Shown here: positions 38,094-50,660 of the stretch, piece by piece | Position numbering within the stretch: the first letter of the stretch is position 1 | How the letters are laid out: each line of letters starts with the position of its first letter | Origin: Octopus vulgaris | Lineage: Eukaryota | Length of the DNA stretch: 64,000 nt | Assembly (NCBI GenBank): GCA_951406725.2 | Contig: OX597818.1 | Span: 24,738,001-24,802,000 of the forward strand | Reading direction: 5' to 3' | The notes under the pieces: generated by a model | The model's database searches: none | What the model was told of the DNA's origin: nothing | Seen by the model: the letters and a program-made list of their open reading frames with translations, nothing else | Position numbers and translations under genes: made by a program

Positions 38094-39972
38094 TAACAGC
38101 AATGTACTATAAAGTCAAATTCCCTCTCAGGGTTTATCATCTGAGTATAAAGATCACACAGTCTTGTTTTCTTCTTTCCTGAAAATCCAAGACTTTTGAT
38201 ATATATATTTAATTATGTTTTATTTAAATAATGTCTTATAAATTTTTATTCAAAATTTACTACTAAATAACAACAAATTTGTGAAACTTTCAGAAAAAAT
38301 ATTCACTCATAGAACTTAATGCATCATTCAGGTTTCTTCATTTTCTAATCATACAATCACTGTCACTGCTACATACTTAATTTCAGCCATTCTGACCACC
38401 TTACCAGTTGTACTAAGGAATGCCTGCCATATACATATTCTAAACTACAATCAGAAGACCGCACTGGATAAGTAAGTCTTACTGTTTCACTATAAAGCAG
38501 TTTTTCCAGCCTCTTCTACTGCTATAAAAAGCTTCTACTTCCAATGTTGTAGAAAAGCATTTTTCATTTTAAAAATTAATAATGCTTATTCAGAACTTTT
38601 TATAATCATAAAAATTTCACACATATGCGCATCTAGAGAGATAGGTTATCTTAACTGATTAAAAGGTTTAACATTTGTTACTTACAATATTTTATTTTAA
38701 AATTTTAGAAAGAAAAGAAAAATGGCTTCACGATATGGATCAAATTGCAGTTGAACAAAAATTTCATAAGAATTAATAGATTATATATCCAGGAATATCA
38801 TATAAACAAATCATAAGTTAGAACTTGTGATGATACAATTGCACATAGTAATTTAGTTTCCTCTTTGTATATGTAATGACCAAATTGTGATGTAAATAGC
38901 TTCATCCCTTTCCTTTATCAAAAATATGAATTTGTAAAGAGTATTATTTGAGGTTGCTTTCAGTTGCAGATTCTTTTGCTGATGCCAGTTTGAATTCATC
39001 TGTATACAGCATTTCAGTCATCAGTTTATATTGTTCTAGAATATGACCGGAATAAAATCTAATCATCATGTAAACTATGAAATTCAATACTAATTGTTGG
39101 AGAATGAACAGTCTATTTATCACAATTTCTTTTTTTTTAATATTCACAATTGACTTCTATTACTACCTTTGTTTTGTCATGACAAAAAAAAAAAATACAA
39201 TGCTAGCTGGTAATATGACAATATATATTATAGTATGGGGAGTAATATGACAATAAATATTATAGTATGGGGAGAAATAGCTGAACACATTTCGTGTATG
39301 TATATATGTGTGTATGATTGTTTGTATTTATCTATGCTTCTTAATGATGATTCAGCTTTAGTACATTGCCTTGCAATTTGCAACACCTCATACCTCTGAT
39401 CTTTACATTGTAGAACATATGTAAACAACTTGCTTTCTGCTTCTAAGAATACCTGACAACTATTTGATATAGTTCTCTACTGTATCACTTTTCATCCATT
39501 CCTTCCAATCCTGTATCTCTTAACTTTCATGGTACTATCGGCAATATTATTCTACCACCATGTTCATTGGGCTGAACCTCACATCAACCATGGATCTAAT
39601 AGCCCTCATCAGATTGTCTTGAGAACATATCTCTCTCTCTCCTTATATCTTCAATTACAAATTAAAAGCAGCACTGATGTTATAAGCTTTATGAACCACA
39701 CATGCATAGTAGTCAATCTATGTGTTTTGTTCGTTTGCTGGTTCATTGCCATACAACAGTCTAGTGATGACTCCTTCATAACACTAGGTGTTAAAACACC
39801 TGAAAGTTACTCACAGATGAGACAACTCACCTCTACTCTCATTCAGGAGTGATGGATACTGATATTTTGTCGGTTTTATGTCTTATCATATTTATGCACT
39901 TGAGTCAAACCAGGGATGAAATGAATCACTGGTTTATGATTATATAGGAAAAGTGTAAGAACCATTCGCTGG

Positions 39973-42490
39973 TGTAGTGATGCCAGGTTTTAGACGCCAT
40001 TTTGGGATGTCCATCTGCACATGTGCAATGTTTGGTGTCTTCTGGTAGGCTGCCGGAAGTCTCCTGATGCGCATGCACAGTAATCAGGAGCAGTTAGCCT
40101 TTCCTGCTATTCCAAGTCTCTTGGTGATCGATGAATTAAGACGTGTCCCGACAAAGCTCCGAGTGAAGGAGCGAACCAGACTCGAAGGGCAAACTAGACT
40201 TCGCGGGCTGTGAAGACTGTTTTAACCATGGTGATTTAATCTGACCTACTGCCTTCTAACCTAGGCGTCCATGCTGCTGATGACCAGCGATGAAGTATCT
40301 CCTTCTGTGAAAATAATTAACTATTATTGTTATTTGTTCAGCCATTCATGTTCCTGCCGTTTTATTCCTTTCTATAACATTGTAGGGAAATGTGTGATGC
40401 AGATATCACACAGAGATAGATAACAAAAGTCCTACAAATTGGTGGCCCCAGACAAAGAGCATTGGTAGAAACAGATTCTATTGTGGCGGTTGGAATCGGT
40501 TGATGAAATGGCACGAACCCAGTCAGACTTGTGATTTCGACGTCAGTGAATAAGCTCCATCTATCTTTTCCCAACTTCGACAGAGGAAGACAATTTTTTT
40601 TCAGCGATGGGCTTCTATGCGGGTTTTCCTTTTCAGCTGTTATTTCTAACAGTAGCATTACCTTTTGACTTTTGTCTCCCAGAACATTTATTTTTTGTTT
40701 TTGTCAGCTTCTCCAGAAGAAAAAAATAATAATAATACCAGACCACACACGCACACACTAACATTCTGGTGTTTTCTTGTTTCTCATATATTTTTTTTCA
40801 TCGCAACAAACGGTGAAAAATGTTTTTTTCTCCCTGCACACAGTACACAAACCAAAAGAAAAATTTTGTTTGTTAAGATTTTTATATATATATATATTTT
40901 TTCTTTCTTTCTTGTTTGTGCACACACTGCTACACACACAAAAAAAAATTTTAATAAATTTTTTTTTTCTGTTGGTTCACTGGTTGGTTTCTGTATTTCT
41001 TGTTTCATCTCAGAGTATTTACTCTTCTCTTCTTATTGCCTTTTTCTATCATTTTCTCTAAGAGTCATTGGATAACTCTGAAACACATCATGTCCCTGCC
41101 ATTGTTACCTCTATTTACAGGGGATGCAGCCTTGTGGTTTGCTCAAATAGAGGCTTATTCCTCAGCCCATGGTCTTTCCCCAGCGCAACAGTTACAATTA
41201 TTGTATTGCGGAATGCCCGCTCCACTTGCCATTTCTGCTAAGGATCTAGTTACAATTATTGTAGCCCAGACGCGACCTACACGTCTGTTAAAGCGGAAAT
41301 ATTACACCGCAACACCAGGTCTGAGGAGAGCATGGTGGACGAGGAGTTGGAGGACAGGACCTCATCGCAGTTTTTACGCAGAGTTAAGTGGTGGCCCAAC
41401 TGACGCGCCATTACTATGGAAAATTTTTTTCCAGATTGCCATCTAACATTCAGACGATTCTGGCCACGGCTTTTGAACACAACACCATGGACCAGATTGT
41501 CATGATGGCAGATCAAATTTTATAATCTTCTGGCCAGCCATCGTCGAGTGGCATGTACGTTTGTACTGAGGACCCTTCGACAGCCTCAGTTTCATCCTCT
41601 TCTCTGTCACATGATGCCATTTCAAACAAACTAGACGTGCTGACACGATGCATGGATGAGCTATGCATGGAAAATAGGCGCCATTCGCGTAGTCGGAGTT
41701 GCTCTGCCTCTTGTGCCTCTAGGCTACGTTCAGGACTGTGCTGGTACCATTCCAGATTTGCTGATAAAGCATGCAAGTGCATCCAGCCGTGCAGTTTCAA
41801 ACTTTCGGTAAACTAGGCTCGGAGGAGTTGGGCACGGCACCTTCCTCCTTTTCTCTTCCTACTTATCGTGCATTCTTTGTCAAAGATCTGGTGTCGAAGA
41901 AATTCTTCATGGTAGACACTGGTTCTTGTTGTAGCATTTGGCCTCTTCAACTCACTGCAGACAAGCCTAGGCGTTCTTCCATTGTTTTGCATGCCATTAA
42001 CTTGTCTCCCATAACTACTTTTGGTCAGGTTTATTTATTCCTCGATATTAATCTTCGTTGAGATTTTCAATGGGTTTTTGTCGTCGATGACATACCACAT
42101 CCTATTCTTGGAGCTGATTTCTTGGATCATTTTAATCTATAGGCAGATGTCAGGCGCCGGAGGCTTCTCGACGGTACTACGTCGCTCTCCACGCTGACTA
42201 GAGGTTCTACCAATGTGGTTCTTAGCCTGACATTTTTTGTTGCCACCTCTGGAAATGCTTTTCATTCTCTTTTGGCTTCATTTCTGGAGCTAGCAGACAT
42301 TACTTTTCAGCTGGCAAAGCCTGCCCACTCGACCCTTCATTTTATTGCTACCACTGGGCTGCCTGCTTTTTTGCGCCCACAGCGTCTTGCACCTGACTAT
42401 CTGAAAACGGCTAGGGCCGAGTTTGAGCACATGCTCCAACTTGGTCTGATACGCCCCCTCCACCAGCCCATGAGCATCTCCCCTTCACTT
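39973..42490 (+). mobile_element. 3'-truncated Gypsy/Ty3 LTR retrotransposon (CsRn1-like): 5' LTR, PBS, gag, protease, start of RT
   Basis: TGTA...ACA LTR at about 39973-40379; tggtggcccc PBS-like site at 40440; gag LWFAQIEA and CWYHSRFADKACKCIQPC; protease FMVDTGS and PILGADFL; RT start ARAEFEHMLQLGLIRP. Confidence 0.88.
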
Positions 42491-42494
42491 GGCG

Positions 42495-42890
42495 TGAAAC
42501 TACAAGTAGTTGATAGCTTCCATTACTTATGTGACCAAGTCAGTAGCGGGGGTGGATGCTCTGAGAGTGCAGCTGCTAAAATAAGAACAGCCTGGGAAAA
42601 GTTCAGAGAGCTCCTACCTCTGCTGGTGACAAAGGGCCTCTCACTCAGAGTAAAAGATAGACTGTATGACGCATGTGTGTGAACAGCCATGCTACATGGT
42701 AGTGAAACATAGGCCATGATTACTGAGGACATGCATAAGCTTGCAAGGAATGAAGCTAGTGTCTCCACTAGATGTGTAATGCCAGTGTGCATTCACGATA
42801 GAGTGTAAGCACCCTGAGAGAAAAGTTGGACATAAGAAGCATCAGATGAGGTGTGTAAGAGAGACAACTGTGCTGGTATGGTCATGTGTG
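42495..42890 (+). mobile_element. RTE LINE fragment truncating the Gypsy pol
   Basis: VVDSFHYLCDQVSSGGGCSE...AWEKFRELLPLL; nearly identical to 45205-45600. Confidence 0.88.
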
Positions 42891-44500
42891 AGGTCACCAT
42901 AGCTATATAAAGCCGCAGATAGATAGCAGGAGAGCGGCTCACAAAGGACTTGGTGAGTGATGCCAAGACACCCTCAGCCTTCTTGGCAATTTTAGAAATG
43001 TTTTGTCCAACGCAAATCACTGTCGCCAATAATGCCCAGGTCATGTTCACAAGAAGCCTTTTTGAGGTTAGTGTTGTGGAGGGAGTAAGTAGATGCTGGG
43101 TTTTTCCTCCCAAAATGCATGGTGGTACATTTGTCCACAGCCAGCTTGAGTTGCCAGTCCATGATCCACTGCTGCATTGTGTCTAGGTCTGATTGCAATA
43201 AAGATCTACAGTGTACAGGATCTGTCCTCTTTATTTCGAGGTACAGCTTGATGTCATCTGCATATTTCAGCACTGTGGCATTCTTTAACATATGCAACAA
43301 ATAAAAGGGGGCCAAGAACAGATCCCTGTGGTACACCAGATGTCATCTCATAGGGTGAAGAGTGCTGTCCTAGAACTGTGACAACCTCTTTTCGGCTGAT
43401 AATGAAGGACTTTAATCAGTTATGGAGATCATCTCTTACACCCATGGCAGAGAGTTTCACCATAAGTCTTTTGTGTGGTACAGAATTAAAAGCCTTAGCA
43501 AAGTCCAGATAAACAACATCCACCCAGGATCCATGATCAGTGATTCGGGCAATGTCCTCAAGAAACTCGATGAGTTGATTGCATCAGCTGGAGTTAGGAG
43601 TAAATCCAAATTGTGACGGCTGGATGAGGCTGTGAGACTTCCAAAAGTTCCAAAGGGTTTCTCTGACACAGGATTCCATCAGTTTGGCAATGCAATTAGT
43701 AAGACTAAGGCGGCGATAGTTAACAGAGGGATAACATTGACAGTTTTCCACTGCTTTGGAGTAACACCATTGTCAAGACAGAATTGAAAGAATAGTGAAA
43801 GTTGGTTTAGAAGAAAGTATCCACCACATTTGAGAAGTAGGTATGTAACACCCTTGAGACCAGGAGAGGCATAGTTACGTTTATTCTTAAGGTGGCGTTG
43901 TAGCATTGCTGGTGTAAATTTCATAGTAGTTATAGAGTACGGTGTCAGAGGTGATGGAGATGGAACATTTTGATCTTTGACAGTAAAGATGCCTGCATAG
44001 CATCCAGCAATGATTTCTGCACATTCATTGGGATTGTCAGTAATCTGGCCTGTGTGGAGATTGCGAAAGGGACCAACTGGAGAGTGAGGTCTCTGCTTTG
44101 AATGTACATACTTCTAGAACACTTTGCTGTCAGGGTTGGTTGCTATGCGTTGTTTGAATTCAAGCACTGCCTTTTTTGTCACCTGCTTGAGATGGTTGGC
44201 TGATCTATTGCGCTTTTTCCTGTTGATCTCTGATCTGTGCATTTTGCATTCCTGTTCAGCATTACGGCGTTCTTTCCTGGCAAGTCGGACTGCTGCAGTC
44301 TCCCAAATTGCACTATTGGGTGGTTTTTTGTGCAGTCCATATTGAATTCAGAATGTTCTAAAGTATAGTGTTTACATCTCCAGAGGCATAAAATTTGAGC
44401 CAGTTTGGGCATTGCAGCTCGGTACAATAAGAGCTCCAGTCTGCTTTATTCCAGTCAAAGCGGGCAGTTTGAAGATGGTTGTGGTTTTTGTTACAACCAA
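42890..44500 (-). mobile_element. CR1/Jockey-like LINE RT fragment
   Basis: Minus strand has SGVPQGSVLGP, KYADDIKLY, LQSDLD, LAVDKC and HDLGII motifs. Confidence 0.85.
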
Positions 44501-44504
44501 TCAG

Positions 44505-46445
44505 AGACAAGTCAGCCACTGATGCCATATTTCTGGTAAGACAGCTGTAGGAGAAATACCTAGCCAAATATAAGCCCCTGTGCCTGGCTTTTGTTGACAT
44601 GGAGAAAGCCTTTGACAGGGTCCCCTGATCCATTATCTGGTGGTCAATGAGGAAACTAGGTATAGATGAATGGTTAGTGAGAGCTGTGCAAGCCATGTAC
44701 AGGGACGCTGTAAGTAAGGTAAGGGTTGGCAACGAGTACACTGAAGAATTCCGGGTAGAGGTTGGGGTCCACCAGAATTCAGTCCTCAGCCCCCTCCTAT
44801 TTATCATAGTCCTCCAGGCAATAACGGAGGGATTCAAGACAGGATGCCCCTGGGAGCTCCTCTATGCTGATGACCTTGCTCTAATTGCTGAGTCACTATC
44901 AAAACTAGAGAAGTTTCAAGTGTGGAAACAAGGATTAGAATTGAAGGGCCTTAGAATCAACCTAGCTAAAACCAAAGTCCTAATAAGTAGGAAGACAGGC
45001 AAACCACAAATCCCTTCAGGTAGATGGCCCTGCTTGATCTGTAGTAGAGGTGTATAAGATGTACCCAGTGTAAACTATAGACACATAAGAGGTGCAGTAA
45101 TATCAAAGGAAGGCTAACTGGGAAGATAGTTTTTGTATGTGGCAGATGGTTGGGAGCAATAAACACTGAAAATGCGCAGAGACCAACTTCCGCCACATTC
45201 CAGGGAGAAAAACTAGATGTAGTTGATAGCTTCCATTACCTAGGTGACCAAGTCAGTAGCGGGGGAGGGTGCGCTGAAAGTGTAGCTGCTAGAATAAGAA
45301 TAGCCTGGGCAAAGTTCAGAGAGCTCTTACCTCTGCTGGTGACAAAGGGCCTCTCGCTCAGATTAAAAGATAGACTGTATAATGCATGTGTACGAACAGC
45401 CATGCTACACGGCAGTGAAACATAGGCTGTGATTGCTGAGGACATGCGTAAGCTCGCAAGGAATGAAGCCAGTACGATCCAATGGATGTGTAATGTCAGT
45501 GTGCATACTCGACAGAGTGTAAGCGCCTTGAGAGAAAAGTTAGACCTAAGAAGCATTGGATGTGGTGTGCAAGAGACGGCTGCGCTGGTATGGTCATGTG
45601 GTGAGAATGGATGTGGGTAGCTGTGTGAAAAAGTGCCACACACTAGCGGTTGAGGGAACCTGTGGAAGACCTGGGATGAAGTGGTGAAGTACGACCTTCG
45701 AACATTAGGCCTCACCAAGGAAATGACTAGCGATCAAGACTTTTGGAAATATGCTGTGCTTGAGAAGACCCGGCAAGCCAAATGAGACCATAACCTGTGG
45801 CCTATGCCAGGAGCGTAACCAGCCCACTTATGCATACCTTTTCCTTCTTTGGTCACTGCTTGCGAAGACCTGTTGAGGCAAGTGAAATCAAAATCAATCA
45901 AAACCAAAATCAATTCGATGACTGGCATCCGTGCTAGCAGGGTGCAAAGAGCACCAAACAAGTGTGATCGTTGACAGAGCGGCTAACCAGCTTCCGTGCC
46001 AGTGACACATAAAAGGGCACCATTCGAGTATGATCGTTACCAGCATCGCCTTACTGGTACTTGTGCATGTGCTAGGAGGGTGCTAATCCGAGCGTGGACA
46101 TTGCCAGAGCAGCCAACTGGCTTCCATACCCGTGGCACGTAAAAGGGCACCATTCGAGCGTGATCGTTACCAACGTCGCTTCACTGGCACGTGTAAAAAA
46201 GATTCGAGCGAGATCGTTGCCAGTACCGCCTGACTGGCGCCCGTGCCGGTGGCACGTAAAAAACACCCACTACACTCTCGGAGTGGTCGGCGTTATGAAG
46301 GGCATCCAGCTGTAGAAACTCTGCCAGATCAAGATTGGAGCCTGGTGCAGCCATCTGGTTCGCCAGCCCTCAGTCAAAATCGTCCAACCCGTGCTAGCAT
46401 GGAAAGCGGTCGTTAAACGATGATGACGATGATGAAGATGATGAC
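44505..46445 (+). mobile_element. 5'-truncated RTE-clade LINE with complete 3' UTR and (GAT)n tail
   Basis: FVDMEKAFDRV, VGVHQNSVLSPLLF, LLYADDL and MLHGSET; a repetitive hairpin 3' UTR and a gatgatgacgatgatgaagatgatga tail. Confidence 0.93.
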
Positions 46446-47099
46446 AAGATGCGCAGGACATCCTTTCTATTACACGACAGGTCAGCAAATGTCGCGTTCT
46501 TATTTTTGTGTTTCTGATCCCTCTCAACACTCTCTCTCTCTCTAAGTTTTACAGTTTCATACCAGCGTTTTAAGAAAAAACAAAAAAATCTTCCGCGCCC
46601 AAACTAACTTTTGCGAGCGGCGGTGGGGGTGGGAGAAACATGAACGATTTAAAATAAATATATCTTAATTGTTGTGTGAGAAAGTATATATGTTCTGATG
46701 ACAAAATATATTATCTTTCAAAAACATCCTAAATTTATAGACTATATCGTTTATGTTTAAGAAATGGTTCATTATTAAATACACACACACACACATACAT
46801 ACATACATACATCGTTCATCTGCCTTCCCACACAAAGATGAGTTTAGAGTGTTTTGTTGAGAATTGATCCATTTTTTGACAGCAAAGAAGTAAATTTTTA
46901 CCTGCCTACATATATACGCTATTGGAAAGACTTTCTCCCAAATTTTTTATTTTTATATTTATTTTTGCCAAAACACTCCGTTATCGGATACAAAAATTGG
47001 CATTTTGAGATTCCCCCCCACCACCACCACCAGCATTTATCCATTTTTCCCACCGGGTGCGGATCTAGATATTAACCCTTAAAACCCTAAACCTAACCC

Positions 47100-47270
47100 T
47101 CAAACCCTAGCAGATTTGCATTCCCCGTAGCCGAAAACGGAGGTGTGTCGAAAAAAATATGAAAAATAAAAGCGGCGGGTACAAAAGGAAGTCTTGCCCT
47201 TGCTATGCGTACGCACACACGTATAAAGCGCGAATTTGGAAACTGGACAGCAAAACAAAGAGGTAACAAT
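47100..47270 (+). promoter_or_regulatory. Candidate promoter / non-coding first exon of the folate-receptor gene
   Basis: An acceptor immediately precedes the ATG, so an upstream UTR exon is expected. This stretch is CpG-rich, with TATAAA at 47222 and possible donors ag|gtaac (47263) and cag|gtaagg (47495). Confidence 0.35.
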
Positions 47271-48050
47271 ATTTGGAATTTATTTTCATTGTAGAATTCG
47301 GCTAATAAAGCATGATGGAATGTATGTATGTGTAGGTAGAGGTATCTTGGGTACTTGTCACAAGTACCGGTATCTTGTATCTTGTTCTAGCTAGAGTTTG
47401 TATCTCATCTTGTAGCTGGAATATTCAGCAGTCTCCTAATATCACGACCTCCACGTTGTGCTTAGTTATATAACTTGACTTCATTAGAAATCAGGTAAGG
47501 GGGAACCTCGTATTCTCTTTATGTATTACTATACGTGTAGGTAATTTCGAATTATTTTTTTATCCTAAATTATTTAAAATGCGTTGCGTTGCTACACTGG
47601 CTTCTATTTGCACACCCTCTTTTTTTACAGAAACCTCCCGTTTACGGGTAACATTCCGAATCTGAAAAAAAAAAATCGGCATTTCGAAATTTCAGTTTCC
47701 ACCCCCAATTTCTTCATTTTTCACTTCTTTCAGAAATTTTTTGTTGCGTAATATGTGAGAAAAGTACGAAAAATACGAAAAAAAAAAAAAACGAAGAATT
47801 TTGATTCTGGAAAGAAAAATTTGGCATTCCTTCAATATAACTCGACAACATCAAAAATTTTCACGGTACTTGTGCACCCGCGCTAGCTAGTCGTAAATAG
47901 TCGCGTATGCAAAAATAGTGCGCGTATGCAAAAATAGGGTTTTTTTAAAAACAAAATAAATAATTTTTTACACAAAGTAAATATTATTGTACCGATTGCC
48001 TTTTGGTAATCTTTCGTTTTAACTCGAAATAATGTAAACACTAAATCGGC

Positions 48051-48085
<35 letters not shown>

Positions 48086-48515
48086 ACATACACACACACA
48101 CATACATAGGTACATACACACACACATACATGCATACATACATATACACATACATGCATACACGCGCACGCACTACAAAAACCGAGTAAAAAATTTCAGT
48201 TATCTCTCTCTTTCATACATTACTCTCTCTGTCTCTTCACACACACTAACAGAAGCACTTCACTTACAACATACTTTCTGTCTCCCACACCCCATCAAAC
48301 ACACACACATGTACATCAATGCTTCCCATGCACGGTAACTTCAAAAGAACTTCCCTCGTCATACAATCGCTTTCTCTTAGTCTATTTCGCTCTCATTACT
48401 TCAAAAGTTCCCGCAAGCCCATATGTAAAAAAATAATAGTTTTTTACGGAAATCGACGGAAAAGTATACTAGAATCGTAAGATTGCCCATTTTTTTTTGT
48501 ATTTTTTTTTTACAG

Positions 48516-48665
48516 ATGATTCCATACATTGTATTATTTCTGCTGGTGCTTTGCTCATTGGCTGAAGGTGATGAAAGGAAAACTGTTGAACAATATTTAA
48601 ACCGATGCTTGGATGGATTACATCATAAACAGAAACCTGGTCCTGAAGGATCTCTCTATGACCAG
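48516..48665 (+). CDS. Folate receptor family protein, coding exon 1 (signal peptide and first conserved Cys)
   Basis: T-tract and cag acceptor directly before ATG. Encodes MIPYIVLFLLVLCSLAEG...YLNRCLDGLHHKQKPGPEGSLYDQ (FOLR motif HHKxKPGPE). gt donor at 48666. Confidence 0.93.
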
Positions 48666-49569
48666 GTGTTGTATAACCAAAAGCTGTACTTGTTAATGTT
48701 TCTTTTAAAATTATGTATTTTTTTATATGTTATATGCAGCTGTTATTCTTGTGGATGGGTTGGAGGATCAATCTCACTCATGCATTCCAATTTTTGTCAT
48801 GGTTTCTGTATCTGAATGCCTTTCCTACACCAATCACTTTACAGAATTTACTGGGTACATTTTATTAAGGTATCAGCACTAAATAGGTTATCTTGTACAT
48901 TGCAAGTCCTCACTACTCTGTTTTCTCCACTCATACGGAGTGCTATGATCAAGAAGGTGAATAGAAGAGAGAGCAATGACAGCTAATCTAGGGCAAGATA
49001 GTGTAAGAATTGAGTATAGATTAGTAAGTCAGAGTATTAGAAGAAAAGCAAAAGGAGAAAGTGCTTGAATGAATACTGTGAGGGAAACAGTAATGGTAAG
49101 ATATAATGAGAGTGACATTGTAATGGCAGAGAGAAAGGGAGAGAGTAATTGAAAGAGGCTTTAAAAATTGAAAGAGACTTTAAAAAGTAGTTATTTGGTA
49201 AATGGTGGTGGTGATGCACATCAACTGCTGTTCATCCCTTCCAACCCATTTGCATTTTATTTGGAAAGACCATAACTAAAGATTGCTTACAAACTCAGAC
49301 AAATACTAATGTAGGAAGGTATTTATAAACACTTTGAAGCGAAATAATCTCACATATAATATAATGCTATCTATGTCCTGTCAGTCACACCAGTTGAGGA
49401 GAATTAAAACAACAAATGGAGTGGGAATGAGTGACAGTCAGACAAACTGTAGTGTGAGATTTTACTCAGAAGTTGTGAAAATTTTTATTGTAAATAATAG
49501 TTACTTTAAGAGATTCCCACCCATGCACACAGACACATATATTTTTTATCTTTTATTTATTTCAGTCAT

Positions 49570-50660
49570 TAGAAACAAATCAAGTTGTTGGATCAGGTAA
49601 TGAATGTCACAGAGAGGGTCATAGCCCAACTAATTAGGAAGAGAGTTCATTTAGACAAGATGTAGTTTGGGTTTGTGCCAGGGAAATGCACCGCTGATGC
49701 TATATTTCTGGTAAGACAGCTGCAGGAGAAATACCTAGCCAAAGGTAAACCTCTGTACCTGGCTTTCGTTGACATGGAAAGCACCATTGACAGGGTCCTC
49801 CAATCCCTGATCTGGTGGTCAATGCAGAAACTAGGGATAGATGAGTGTTTAGTAAGAGCTGTACAAGCCATGTACAGGGATACTGTCAGTAAGGTGAGGG
49901 TTGGCAACAAGTATAGTGAAGAATTCCTGATAGAGGTATGATATGTGTGAGAAGACCTGTTGAGTCAAGTAAAACCAAAATCGTAGCAGTGGCCAGTGCC
50001 CCCTGACTGGCTCCCATGCCAGTGGCACGTAAAAAGCACCATCCAAACATGGGCTCCCGTGATGGTGGAGCGTAAAAAGCACTATTCTAACGTGATCGAT
50101 GTCAGGACTACCTGACTGGTACATAAAAAGAGCCATCCGAATGAGTGAGATCCACTTTAAATAAAAACCTTTGACTCTGCAACACTGTATATAAATTCTC
50201 TACTTGGAATGACCAAGTTTAAAAACTGCTGGATCTCACTCATAAGGGAATCTTACATTGCGTATAAACTCTATATTTGGAAGGACCCATTTTAAACTCT
50301 GTTGGACTTTTGGATTTTACTCATAGGGTATTTGAATATTACATGTATACCATTCTGCCTAAAAAATGGATTTATAACTTTAATATACATACCTATTTTT
50401 CATCTATTGTCTTTCCTCCACCTCACTCTAAATACACTAAATACAAGGCATTAATAGAAGCCAGCACTTGTGCCAGTGACGCATAAAGCACACTCATGCT
50501 GGTGACTTGTGAAAGGCACACCTAATACACTGTGGAATTGTTGGTGGTAGGAAGAAACCAAGCCAAAACAGTCTGGTGCTGCTCTCCAGCTTACTAGTTC
50601 TTGTCAAACTCTCTAATCATGCCAACATGGAAAATGTATGTTAAATGAAAATGTATGATG
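49570..50660 (+). mobile_element. Internally deleted RTE LINE in folate-receptor intron
   Basis: ORF 49675-49941 (DAIFLVRQLQEKYLAKGKPLYLAFVDME) followed by 3' UTR pieces. Confidence 0.85.

Noticed and set aside
38944-39460. Minus-strand ORFs as host exons or a pogo/Tigger HTH remnant
   Set aside because: Only vague similarity, with no consistent splice structure or catalytic motifs.
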